Under the pieces are notes generated by a model, which was not told where the DNA came from, did no database searches, and saw only the letters and a program-made list of their open reading frames with translations. This document shows positions 12,201 through 24,100 of a DNA stretch of 64,000 nt, piece by piece; the stretch's first letter is position 1; every line of letters begins with the position of its first letter. A program made the position numbers and the translations under genes. The DNA is from Azolla caroliniana (Eukaryota; Plantae; Polypodiophyta): the NCBI GenBank assembly GCA_043228905.1, contig JBHGNT010000007.1:4402001-4466000 (forward strand), read 5' to 3'.

Positions 12201-13597
12201 TCATGATAGAAGCAAAAAGATGGTGAGAAAATTGTCTTTCGTTACTCAATTACGTAATGTTTTGCTGAATTAGAGAATGAAAATATACATTTTAAAAGGA
12301 TGTTGGTGCCGTTTGTGCGTGTCGGTGAGGTGCTGACGGGTGGGAACCATTTCGAATTCTCTCCCGGTGGACTCTGGGAAGCTTTAAAGGGTCGTCACTC
12401 GCGTGATCTCATGTTCGGTGTATTGCATGCAGTAAGAGGACTCATACAAAGTTTATTATATATTTAATCATGACTTTATCTTGGGCCATATAGGTGCTTT
12501 TGATCTTCCTTCCTTTTTCTTAAGGAAAACAAATTACCAAAATATACTCCCAAACTTGTTTTGGATATTTACCAGAATGCCCTCTTAAGCTTTTGAAATG
12601 TTTTATTAATGAGAGGGAGGTATGGTGACTATCCAATGAGGTTAAGGAGAGATTTTGCTATTTTGTTTGACTGGAAGATCAGGGCCAAAACTTGTCGGGG
12701 GTATCTACTGGAATAGCAGATGTTTTGTACTAGATATAGGCTTCCGGCTAAATACCCAACAAGTTAACAAGTTACTTTTGGTGTTTTTTTGCTTCCAAAA
12801 AATAAACGATTAAAGAAGCTAATTTCATTATTAATTTTTCCGTAAATACCCTTGATTTTCTATTATTTCTCAAGATGCCCTTGGTCAACCCCAAAAAGAG
12901 AAAAGGGGGTGAAGTGACAATACATTTGCTCTAATAGGACATATAATTGAGAAAAAGGGGATAAATTGACCAACTAATTACTCTTTCGGGGTTGACCAAG
13001 GGCATTAGGGGATATGAAAAAAACTTGGGGGTGTTTTGGAGTTGTTTCATTGAAAAATGAATAGTGAGGTTTAGTTTCTATAAGTTAGCTTCTTTGATCT
13101 TGTTTTGAGCAAAAAAATGTCAAAATAAACCCTACCTTGTGGAACATCAACCAGAATACCCCGAAGTTTTTAAGTGTTTACTTGAATACCCAAAGTACCA
13201 AACTTACTACTATATATAGGTAGTCTAGTGTTTTTTGGAAACTTTGGGTACTTTGGTAAATGACAAACTAGGTGAGGATATTTTGCCAATAACGGACTAA
13301 TTAAGAATTTAATTAATTATAATTATTAGTAATAGAAAATATCTTATTATTCAGGTAATTGGTTGGTGTGTTTTTGCTCCCATTTGCATTTGTGTTCTCT
13401 ACGTGGCTTCTGTTCCGGCTTTTGGGTACTTAATATCGAGATTCGGGCCCTCTCACAAGATGCAAGAACACTATCCAATCTATGATGATCCTTTAATAGT
13501 TCGATTGAATGATGATGATAACTTCCTAGCTCGACAAAATGAAAATGATGACCATTCAATTGTTAAACAAAATGTTATTGTTGATTGTGTAGTTTGA
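9256..13597 (+). CDS. DUF2062-family membrane protein, ~273 aa, 5 exons
   Basis: Exons 9256-9524, 10211-10281, 11486-11591, 12299-12431 and 13355-13597 (822 nt) join in frame: ...KVVDPFFIILSR|GLEPKLLSFSMALGITFGLFPIWG|AALVFC...NCHVPTLMLANFVVAPCELG|MLVPFVRVGEVLTGGNHF...GVLHA|VIGWCVFAPICICVLY. This matches the plant DUF2062 pattern (IVDPL..IL.RGAEPKQLAFS.ALG.T.G.FPI; CH.PT.MLANF; GW.V.AP). Intron 1 requires a GC donor. Confidence 0.85.
9610..10195. repeat. Degenerate ~75-85-bp tandem repeats in intron 1 of the DUF2062 gene
   Basis: A recurring TTCCATGG/TTCCACAG...TTTTCTCTTCAATTT..GGCAAATT..ATGATAGAGTTTT.CAATGGATAAG module, about 6-7 copies. Confidence 0.7.
12525..13295. mobile_element. Fold-back (long inverted repeat) element, MITE/Mutator-like, in intron 4 of the DUF2062 gene
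   Basis: ATGCCCTTGGTCAACCCCAAAAAGAG (~12875-12900) pairs with CTCTTTCGGGGTTGACCAAGGGCAT (~12981-13005). The outer arms TTACCAAAATATACTCCCAAACTTG (~12534) and ACAAACTAGGTGAGGATATTTTGCCAATAA (~13263-13292) are diverged inverses. Confidence 0.6.
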
Positions 13598-15392
13598 AGA
13601 AACAACCATTAATTTTTATCCCATATCCTACACATATTCAAGAACAAGTTTACCACATCATTTATCTCATGCGTAAACTTGGATTCATGTAATTTTAAAA
13701 CTAATGAATTCTATTTGCTTGTGTGTGTAAGAGAACAAATTTTTACTTCACCATTTCTCTATATATACACATGAAGGGCTATGATATAAAAGCAACAAAT
13801 TCAACATATCTATTCTTCACTACTTGAAAGGTTTATCTGCATGGATGTGTGTTGCTAGAGAGTAGAGTGGTACATGTATGTATGTTTGTGCATGGTGGAA
13901 TGAGTGCGTGGTTGATAGACTTCAGACATAATAATCAACTTAGTAAGTTTGTATATGGAAAGGAAGACATAATCTTCAAATCTTTACATCATTGAGAAAT
14001 GTTAGGCACATAATCTTTAGGCATTTGTATCGGAGCTTCAAGTACATATTTATGCTCATCAAAAGAGTGTCGATCAAAATTCAGATATGGAGTTTTCATT
14101 TTTGAGTAGTGGCGTGAATCCTTGAGCGTGTGCAACTTTGCAAGCAAGCCATCGGTAAAAGGGAAGCAATTGAAACTATTGACATGGAAAGATTTGAATG
14201 TATATGATTGATGATTGCTACAAAAACATATGAATGTTCAAATATTTCACAATGTACATTTGTGACCTTTAATCATTATATATGTATTCGTGCATAAGAG
14301 GACGAAGTAATCTTCACTTTAGACGTGAGTCAATCGAGCTACCCATAGTTTTGTCAGAAACTTAGCATAACATTTTCATGTTTCCATTATGTTGAAAAGA
14401 AAGAATTAGAACTACTACCGTAGAAAGTATATGTTTATTACCTTTGGTTAAATTTTGTTATTATATGACATTAATTTGAGCAAGAACCTACGCAAGAAGG
14501 TTTACAAGTAGTAGAAGGGATATTGGGTTTCCAATAAAATAAATTAGTGAATGGGAGGCACTCTTGTACAGTGGATCAACATGGAATCCATTTAGAAAAA
14601 GTATACATTGGCCTTAAAATTTTGAGTAATAATTTTACAACAAAGTTTTCAAGGACAGGGACCTTCATTGGAGGCAAAATGGAATGAGGTCGTTGAGCAC
14701 TTGGGGGAGAGGACATGGTTTCTCAATCCGACTAGCAAGCCTTGTATTGGTACATCTCATGTTAGGAGTTTATACATTTATGCTCATATAAGGTAAAGAG
14801 GTCATTGGATGCACTTATAAAAAGTGGCAGAGACATGGAAGAGGAGCCCACTAGCTATATTTTAAGCGTGACCATGAGATGCATTTTAGTTAGAAGGCAA
14901 CTAGGTGGAGAATTATAAGCATTACATCATAGTTGGCCAAAGGTAGGCAAAAGGGTTTTTTATGCGATGATGGTAACTTTAACACTAATATGATTGGAAT
15001 GTGTTCATACATTCAAGATCGTCGCTCATATATAGTTGTTTATCTTCCTCAATTGTATTTTTGGGTTAGAGAAATACCTGTGTGCTTATAGTTCATATAT
15101 GTGTGGTAAATTTTCGAAGCGAATTATTTAAAGGTATGTTATTGGTCTAGGATTTTCAAGAAAGTATGTATGAACAATCTTGCCCATAGTTAAATTGATA
15201 TGCATGGATTCTGATACATTATTTGTCTATTTGAACGAGCAGTGTTGATTCTTCTCATAGATTTTCATCCCTATGTATCATCACAAATCAATTATGTCCA
15301 TCCTTGGCATCGGTGCAAGGCTTTCTTGGAGAGCGAGTGTCGACCAAATATATCTTTCGGTTTCTATATGTTGTAGCCAAATAGGCACACCA

Positions 15393-15393
<1 letters not shown>

Positions 15394-15445
<52 letters not shown>
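15394..15445. repeat. (TG)n(AG)n compound microsatellite upstream of the OFP gene
   Basis: Direct reading of the sequence. Confidence 0.95.
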
Positions 15446-15449
<4 letters not shown>

Positions 15450-15597
15450 CCGCAATTTGTTCCTTTGAAATCTCCATCAACCTCTTATTCTTATTTATAT
15501 ATATATATACACACACACACATATACATAGAAATTGAGTACAAAGAAACCCTTTTCTTCTTCATTTCTTTTCAAGCTTATATTTAGAGAGGCTGCCC

Positions 15598-15610
15598 ATA
15601 TATATAAAAG
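15598..15610 (+). promoter_or_regulatory. Putative TATA box of the OFP gene
   Basis: ATATATATAAAAG lies ~70-80 bp upstream of the ATG at 15681. Confidence 0.5.
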
Positions 15611-15680
15611 CTCATCTCTACTTTGCATCATTTTTTCATTACATATAAATATAGAATTTCTTTATTGATTCTGAGTTTCC

Positions 15681-16769
15681 ATGGCTGTCCTCCACTCTGA
15701 AAGGAATAGCAATAATAACAATAACAATATTGTCACTAAGAAAGCTTCTTCTTCTTCTTTCTCTAGATTAATGCTCTTCAATGGTTGCCGATGTGTAGAT
15801 GACCATGTCCATATCCATAAATCGCCCATCACCATGAAGGTTAGTAGTAATACCAAAAACCCATTTAAATCTAGTTCTCATCATCAACATAGTCATGCTA
15901 ATAGTCCATCTAGTCAAGATGGTCAAGATGGTCATCCCCTTAATCGTCCAAAGAAACACCTATTAGTCAATGGCTATACTCATATGATGTCTAAACCTTG
16001 TAAATCCCATCACCATAGACCTTTGAATAACTCTTGTAATCTAATGGCTAGCTCATCATGTGATTTCATCAAGGCCCCTTCGAGTCTTGTGGCTAGCACC
16101 GTCCGCATATTGAAGAAAGTCAACTCGTCTTCTTCATGTCAAGGTGCAAAATTCCATGACCGGACACGTCTCTCTAGTGTAATTCGATGTACAACTAAGT
16201 CAACTAGTCATCGAACTTCTAATGTTGGTTATTATCCTTGTGAAGAATTTGTCTCAAGTACATGTGTGGCTAACATTGTGTCTATTGCTTGTCGACAAAC
16301 TCATTGCGCTAAAGATAGCCAACAAGAATCATATGGAATTTCTTCTAATATAAGTACTTCGTCTCTAACTACTTCAACTCGAAATGATCAACAACGGCGA
16401 CATCGACCCCATGGATATGGTTTTGGCACTTTTGAAACCTCTCGGTTACCCCGGGATAAACAATCCCCAACTGTTAAGATAGATAAAATGCAAGGGAAAT
16501 ATTGTGATCTCAATATTGGTGATGATAGCACGCCTAATTTGACGACATCATGGCTTGTAGAGAGTGACCTTGTGGTGATTTACTCACGTGAACCATGTGT
16601 AGATTTCTATACATCCATGATAGAGATGATAATAGGGATTAACACCCTTGTAAATCTCCAAGACATGGTGGACATGTTTTGTTGGTTGCTTCTTCATAAC
16701 TCTCCTAACCATCATGATTATATTCAAGAAGCTTTCATGGACCTATTAACACAATTTTGGGATTGTTGA
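15681..16769 (+). CDS. OFP: OVATE family protein (OFP, transcriptional repressor; C-terminal OVATE/DUF623 domain), 362 aa, intronless
   Basis: A long Ser/His-rich ORF ends in ESDLVVIYSREPCVDFYTSMIEMI...DMVDMFCWLLLHNSPNHHDYIQEAFMDL. This matches the OVATE consensus (vv..S.DP..DFr.SM.EMI...L.eLL..yL.LNs..hH..I..AF.d). OFPs are typically intronless. Confidence 0.85.
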   Translation: MAVLHSERNSNNNNNNIVTKKASSSSFSRLMLFNGCRCVDDHVHIHKSPITMKVSSNTKNPFKSSSHHQHSHANSPSSQDGQDGHPLNRPKKHLLVNGYTHMMSKPCKSHHHRPLNNSCNLMASSSCDFIKAPSSLVASTVRILKKVNSSSSCQGAKFHDRTRLSSVIRCTTKSTSHRTSNVGYYPCEEFVSSTCVANIVSIACRQTHCAKDSQQESYGISSNISTSSLTTSTRNDQQRRHRPHGYGFGTFETSRLPRDKQSPTVKIDKMQGKYCDLNIGDDSTPNLTTSWLVESDLVVIYSREPCVDFYTSMIEMIIGINTLVNLQDMVDMFCWLLLHNSPNHHDYIQEAFMDLLTQFWDC

Positions 16770-18239
16770 GGAATGGCTAGAAGTACTAAAGGTACGATAA
16801 TCTCTGTCATGAAATTCTTCATAAAAGTTTGGATTGTTTTGTATTGTGGAGCTTATCATGTTCTATCAATGCCTAAGTTAATGGTAATGTATTGCGACTT
16901 GGTAGACATAAACATTGTGTTTCTAGTATTTGGATGTGGTACAAATGTCTCCGATTCCATGCATAAAGTATAAGGGTGTGGGCCACATTGCTTATGGGCA
17001 TCTTTTTTCGTAAATTTATTCTATTTTTCTTCAAATGGAGATGCCATAAGTTCTATAATTATGTTCGCTTGTTCATTTCATGAGATTTCTCTCATCTTGG
17101 AGAAATCTTCTTCAATTGTAGGTAGAGATCAATGGATTTACATTATCCTTATTATGAGAATAGTCAATGCTTTGATTGAATATGTCAGAAAGTATATACC
17201 TCATAGGTGATGGATGACATTAAAGAATCATAATATTCTTTTCAATCATTTGTGACAATCTTCAAATATATATGATAGCTTCAATGGGAACACATTTCAC
17301 ACTCTTTTATCTTGAATTGTGCAAGACAAAAAAAGCTTGGAAAGTTACAAACTTTCATGATGTAGTGATCATATACCACATACAAAATAAGTATTTGTAT
17401 GCATGCTATTGAGAAATATTGCATCTTGCTTATTGGCACTCGTGGAATCGCCCTAGTATGGTGTGGTATCATTGTAGTACTTCTAATATAAATGTGTACA
17501 CAAATAACGATACAGACAGAGTGAGTGAGTATCCTCGAAAAGTCAAATATGTCATGTACCAAAAATGAAACATTTTGACATAGTAGTTTCTCTCAAATGT
17601 TCAAGAATTTTACTTATGAACATTGCAATGAAGAGTGCACATTGTATAAAAGAGTATGTAGAGAGCGGATTGTAATAACAATGTGTGAACAACAAACTCG
17701 AATGTGATGAAAGGTAGTGTTGTATCAAAGGCAATGTGTGCTTAAGTTGTATGAAAGCAATGGTATGGATGATATACAAAGGGATGGGGCCTAGCATGTA
17801 TCAGTGAATGCGGTTTTGTTGTTCCTCAAGGACGAAGTTGGTGAAACATAAGGAATATAATCCGTGAAACATGTGTGTCCACATCTTTCCATGTATGTGA
17901 TACATGGGTAATGGAAACAAACCATCATTGACGTAGGAATTTATTGATGCCCTGTGAAATAAATGCAATGTATCTCATTTTCCAACCCAAATATTCATAC
18001 ATGACATCCATCCAAAAACTAAAAGTTAAGTTTTATGTGCTTTTCAAGTAATTCTACTTACTTCCTAAGTTCCTATACAATTTGTGGAAGTCAATTTGAA
18101 GATTTACATTGACCCTTTCCATGGCCATGATCTCAATAGGACATTATCCAATGTTATGTGGTAAATTGTGAATGGAATTGTAGCTTGATTTGAGGAAATT
18201 TCATGTGTGTGTGTGTGTGAGAGAGAGAGAGAATATATA

Positions 18240-18335
18240 AGAAGTATACAATAGAGAGGTGAAGAAGTTGGGTTTCGAACCCACAACGCAGTGCTTGTAG
18301 TGCTAACAACTACACTAGGGTAAGGTAATTACGAT

Positions 18336-18340
<5 letters not shown>
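18240..18340 (-). mobile_element. Copy of the tRNA-like head of the dispersed repeat, between (GA)n tracts
   Basis: The minus strand reads TATCGTAATTACCTTACCCTAGTGTAGTTGTTAGCACTACAAGCACTGCGTTGTGGGTTCGAAACCCAACTTCTTCACCTCTCTATT, with an A-box-like segment and a B box (GGTTCGAAAC). It is homologous to 4520-4590 and 4760-5290. Confidence 0.65.
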
Positions 18341-18375
<35 letters not shown>

Positions 18376-18377
18376 GT

Positions 18378-20200
18378 TGATAAAGAATGATCCTTGGTAC
18401 TCCCTCTTAGAGAACACCTTCGATTACTCCTCCTAAGTAATCGGGTCAAGGAATCATGGTGCGTAAGAGACTGGGTCACTGCGTACTAACGAGCACTACT
18501 CAAATCATTTATAGAGAATATGATAGACATGCTACGAAATCAGCTACAACCGATTCGTAATTATGTCTTACACCGACCGGACGTTAGGTAGAGAAAGATA
18601 TATCTAGATGAGACAGACATAGAATTTGCCCACAAAGTATATATGTATATTCGATTACTATAGCATACAATTATAGATACAAGTACCGAGTAGACTCAGT
18701 AAACACTCACTCACTTGTTCTAGTCTAGACTTAGGCTTAGTCTGCTCTAATTCCTCCCTGTTGTGTGTTCTTTACTCCTCAATATATATAGCTTCCCTTC
18801 TGCTCGGCGTTTCCCACCCACTTGTTCCTTGATATTCGGCTTCCTTATTCGGTTGTTAGTGCTCAACTACTTTTGCTAGGTTTCACGCTTGTCCCACTTG
18901 TCCTACTTGTCCCACCGGTAAATAATCCTTGATACAAGGTCTTAGGCTCAATCATCCTGCTCCCTAGAGTCATCTAGAGAAACATGCAGTAGAGTCCCAT
19001 GATACTTAGATTTGCAAGCTTGTAGGGGGCATAACATGCATGATCAATGAATCTTCTTGCATGAGCACCAACACCACATTTCACATATAAGAGAATGTGA
19101 GCCTTCCAATATAGAGGCAATGGTTGAGAGATTGTAGACAAGGTGAAGGGCTCTAATGTTGTAGGCATAACCTTACATACCAATTATATAGCTAATTTTA
19201 ATGGCTAAGGGAAAGACAATCGGGAATTTGGTTAACCTTAGAACTAAGTCTAACCCATATGGACCTATGACTCATGTGACACATGGTGGTCTGGGAGCCT
19301 TAGGTGTTGAGCTATATAAAGGGAACAACTAGTGCCTAAGGTTATGCCTATAAAATCTAGAAGTGAGTGATTTCTATTGTTGGAAAATAAGATGTTTTGG
19401 TAGTTTAATACAATATATGTAACATAGTGTAAGAAGAAGCATGAGCCTCAAGATCTCTCCCATATTGCCCATTTATTTAGAAATTCTTGAGGGATCATGA
19501 AGCAAGCACAATGCACCATGTTACAAAAGTAGATCTTCACATTTTTCATCCATCTAAGGAGTCAACGCTTTGCGTTTTGTGTTAGCTTATATTTTTACTT
19601 GCTTTAATGTAGAGTTTGTTTTTTCGTTCTTCAGCCAAAAAACGATACAAAATGGTCTAGGCCGAATTTGTCACTTGCCCTAACAATGACACTTAAAAAC
19701 TCTTCAACTTCTGATGCTTGTAATTCTCTAAGTCTTCAATCCTTTTCATAAAATGACTTGCATTCCATGTGCGAAGGAACGTGGAGACAATGTTCTTCAG
19801 GGTCCTCTTGATAAAAAAACCTTATGTATGGTTACAATGTGCTTTTGTCCAAATAGTTCCATTGAAAATTATTTGATGAAGTATTCGTTCTTGCTTCTCT
19901 ATGTTCATCTTCTATCGTTTATGTGCTCCTCAATGTTATGGGGGCCAATATTGGAGCACCTTAAGTCAATTTTCCTTAGGTTGTCCCATCACTCTAGTCC
20001 TCCATATGCATGTAATTTTGACTTTCATTTCATATGCATGTTTCCTTCAATAAACTTCGTTTGTTTCCCAAAAGCTTCACTTTAACGTTAACTAATGCTT
20101 CAATTCTTTTTTTTAAAGCTGAATCAATCGAAATCCCAGAAGCCAATACCCTGATACTTCTTTGAATCTAAACAACGAACCAAAGTATTTATCGATGGGT
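18378..20200 (-). mobile_element. Eroded LTR-retrotransposon remains: putative LTR 18378-18954 and gag-like remnant near 19950-20050
   Basis: On the minus strand a purine-rich CTAGGGAGCAGGA lies directly before TGATTGAG...TTTATCA (TG..CA, ~577 bp, internal TATA-like CTATATATATTG). KLHAYGGLE*WD resembles the gag A.xWW motif. No second LTR was found. Confidence 0.35.
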
Positions 20201-20389
20201 AGGGTTAACTACATCCCAATTCGACTTGCGGAGATTGATGATGTGTTCGTGAATGCAATTGTTGCCTCTAGAGCACAGGGCCTGCCAATGAGCGGTTGCT
20301 CGTGAATATGTGCACCTCCCCCTCTTCAGTCTCGAGTCATTATATTCTCTTGTTGTCCGTCATCGATTTGTGTGGTGTCCATGGTCACA

Positions 20390-20666
20390 TCGACAATGGT
20401 TTGGTTTCAGATTAACCGGTTCGGACCCGAACCGGTTCCTAAACTAGTCATGGCTAACCAGTTTGGCCAAACCGTTTAAGCCTAAACCGGTATAACCAAG
20501 TTGATTAAGTCTTGATCACTTTGGAAACCGATTTGGCCCAAATTCTTTCGGTTCGGCTTGAGCCATCGCAAATCAAGCTCAAGCCTAACCCGAACCGAAC
20601 CGTCAAACCGTTTAAAACAGTTGAACGGTTCGGTTCATGTTTGAGCCAAGCTGTTGCCGATTCCTA
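20390..20666. mobile_element. Truncated hAT-derived MITE-like fragment
   Basis: Dense AACCG/CGGTT subterminal motifs in both orientations end in GTTGCCGATTCCTA (reverse TAGGAATCGGCAAC, a hAT-like terminus). The left TIR is degenerate. Confidence 0.5.
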
Positions 20667-20962
20667 GGAAATACCGTCATTGGATTTTTACTTCAATTAA
20701 TTAGATTAGGTGAAGGTTGTGTGCCACCGCGCATGCCTGGCTACACATTTGTCCCACACTTCGGCTTCTCAAGTCACAAAAAGAAGAAGCTAGGACAATA
20801 ATTAATTATTCAACGAACTAAATTTGCTTAATTCTACACACAATTACTAATCACTTACATAAGTACATAATTGTGTGTACTAGAACATTAACTCATTAAT
20901 TACTAATTAATTGACTAATTACATAATTAATTTATTAACAGTGGAACGAACACCCACCCACA

Positions 20963-21099
20963 CACACAGTCGCGTACTCTGAGAAACCCTAATTCCGCAG
21001 ACACACTCACACTCACACAGTCGCGTACTCTCAGAAACCCTAATTCCGCAGACGCACCCGCACGCACAGTCGCCTACTCTCAGAAACCCTAATTCCGCA
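20963..21099 (+). promoter_or_regulatory. Three ~50-bp tandem units, each with a telo-box (AAACCCTAA), upstream of NASP
   Basis: CACAGTCGCGTACTCT(G/C)AGAAACCCTAATTCCGCA occurs three times, with telo-boxes at 20984, 21035 and 21084, ~90-200 bp before the ATG. Confidence 0.75.
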
Positions 21100-21184
21100 C
21101 ATACACACACACACACACACACATTCAGGTCTTCATTCTCCTCCTCCTCTCTGTGTGTTTCTGTGCTCATTTTCATTCATCGTC

Positions 21185-24100
21185 ATGCCTTCCGTCGACG
21201 ATCTGCCTCCTCCTTCTGCGGACCTATCCGTGGCTGATGAAGGCCACAGCTTAGCAGCTTCCTCGGCTCCTGATCCATCTCCATCGGAAGTTCCTGCTGA
21301 AGATAATGATGGAGATGAAGACGGAGATGAAAATGAAAATGAAAATGAAGATGAGGATGAGAATGAGAATGAGAATGATGGTTATGCTGACGCAGATGAA
21401 TTTGAAGACGAAGTCGAAGCTTCCATCGAAGCCGAGGAAGGATTTCCTGTGGAAGGAGGAACCTTGGAGGATGCGCAGAGGCTGTACGATGAGGGGCGTG
21501 ATGCTCTCCTTCATGACTTCGACAGAGCTGCAGACCTCTTTAGTCGTTGTCTGGAAATCAGGTCCGTGCTTTACCCTCTTCTTGGCTTTCATATTGTTCT
21601 GGAAGTTCTTGTTCTGTGCTCTTGTTCTCGCTTACGCAATTGTTTTCTGAAACTTCTTCCTCCTTTCCACATTAATTTTTGGAAGATTTTGTTCTTATTC
21701 CATCTTTTACCTTCATACTGTTCTGCTAAGCTTTAAGTCAGTGCTTTGTGTTTTTCTCTTTTTCTTTCGTGCCATTATAATTATTGGGAGGTTGTGTGCG
21801 TGAACGATAATGCAATATTCGTCAGGTTTAGTGTGTCAATGGAAACTTGTGTTGTTCTTGTTTGAGTTCTCTCTCTCTCTCTCTCTCTCTCTCCCATTTG
21901 AAAGTCGAGTCATAGACACAATTTTTAGGATTTCAAAGTCTAGTCTTTCTTGGAAAGGTTGATTATTACTTCTACTTTTCATGCTTCTGTAGCTGTTTGT
22001 TGGGAGCTTTAGGGTTTTGTGTGCTCAAAGTTAGGGTGGTTTTGTGTCTCAAAGCTGTATCTATGGCATTTCTTAGTATCTCTCTTTTTGCAATATATTT
22101 GGAATTTAAGGTTTTTGAAGCTTGTGGTAGATGCTATTTTTGGGTTCTCTCCAATTCGTATGTATGAAATTTAGGGTTTTCAAGTCCTTTATTGTTTAGT
22201 CTTTGAAGTTGCTTTGAAATTTTAGCTTTCTTTACGGATTCTGGTAGATGTGATTTAGGGTTTTTGTTGCTATTTATTGTTTGGAATTTCTTCTGCTTTG
22301 GGTTTTCAGGGCTCTCCACTATGGAGAACTTGCAATTGAATGTGCATCTACCTACTATAAGTATGGGTGTGCTCTTCTTTATAAAGCACAGAGCGAGTCA
22401 GATCCATTGGGTGAAGTAAATGAAGTCAGTGAACCTTCTACTGCATCTGGCAGACCTGGTGTGTTGGTTTTTTCCGTTCTTCTATGTTAACATGTGTTTG
22501 TTGAAACATAATGTGATGAGAACATCTGAATGTTGTGATAGTTGCACTTCTGTTGGAGGAAATAAAGCTTGACATATGCATATTTTTTCTTTTCTTCTAA
22601 TGCTTTTACTCGGGATTGAGTTATGTGATTCTAATTATCTTGATATTGCTCACTATTTCCCTCTGTTTATTATATTTAATACATGATTATGGAGAGCCAA
22701 TAAACATATAGGAATTGGAACTACAAATATACTTTCTGTTTTCCGTGTAGTGCTTATTCTAAAGTGTTGTGATTGTTTTTATTTATCTTAGTTTTATCCA
22801 TTAATCTTCCCAGTTGATATTAGTGCATGAATATGGAGAACTATGAAAGCTAATCAAACATACCTCATTCACTAGGCGAACCCACTAAAGATGAAGCCAC
22901 AGAGGAAGATCTGGAAGAAGAAGAAGAGTCAGACTTAGACATGGCATGGAAAATGCTCGATATTGCTAGGGTTATATATGAGAAACAACAATCCCATTCA
23001 ATCGAAGAAGTCGATGTCATCACTGCTTTGGCTGACGTTAGTCTCGAGAGAGGTATTGATTATATTTTAAAACCTAATTTCATACCATTTATTTTATCCA
23101 GCTATTTCTGATTATATTTTCATTACATAATTGTAAAGCTTTGGCACACTATTAAGTTTATTCTTTTTTATCACTAGATATAGGATGTAATCCAGCTCTT
23201 CTTAATGCATACTTAGTTTGACTATTTTCTTTTTGACCATCCCTACTGTAAAATATTCTTTTCCCTTTTGTCCTCCTCTTTTTGTGAGCTCTCCTTTTTT
23301 TTTCTTAGAAATACAAGTTCAAGGTTTTGGTTTATGGTTTAGTCTCATGAAGGTACAACTTTTGCTTGCCTTGCATACAGAGGATTTTGAGATGTGCTTT
23401 CAGGATTACATGAAGGCATTGGAAATCATGGAAGGGCTCGTTGAATCTGATCATAGAGGAATCGCTGAAATGTATCCTTATTGTTGAGTGGAATTCAGTC
23501 TTTTCACTCTAGTGAAATGAAACTCTGCTACATATTGAAAGCCTTACAAACAATTCTCTACTAAATTTCTGGCTTAGTTTGTTACTCTAGAAAGGTCATT
23601 CAATGCATTATGCATAGGTTTTGCCTTGACTTTCAGTTTGTAGATATTTTAAACTTAGCTTGGCTCATCAGCTTGGTTACAAACCAAGAGAGGCCCTTAG
23701 GTATTGCCAACAAGCAGTGAGAGTATGTGAAACTAGGCTGAAACGTTTAAGAAATCAAGCAGCAATTTCTAATGGGACTGTGGATATTAAAGGTAAGTCA
23801 ATAATTGAAGATGACAATGGTAAACAAAGTCAGAAATCTCTGGGAGAAGTGAAGGTTGAAACGGTACCAACAGAAACAGGATCTCAGACTAGTAAAGAGG
23901 AAGATGAGATCAAAGAGATTGAGCAGCTGCTTGAAGATTTAAGAGAGAAGGTATGTTTCAAATTTTGAAGAAACAAAACCTCTAGTCTAGTGTAATTTGG
24001 AGCTTTACATTATACCTTTGAAATGTTTTTGAAATTGTAAAGTCCTCGATGCCTGCAAATTTGGGGGTTATAAAAAGTACCTTTTGACAAATTGGGAATA

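Noticed and set aside
17280-17800. Cys-containing fragments suggestive of another transposase fossil
   Set aside because: No diagnostic motif, and the candidate fragments lie on opposite strands.
18255-18335. Possible tRNA gene
   Set aside because: A B box is present, but I could not fold an acceptor stem or cloverleaf. It belongs to the dispersed repeat family.
22511-22530. Box C/D-like TGATGA...CTGA in NASP intron 2
   Set aside because: The boxes are only a few nucleotides apart, with no terminal stem or guide region.
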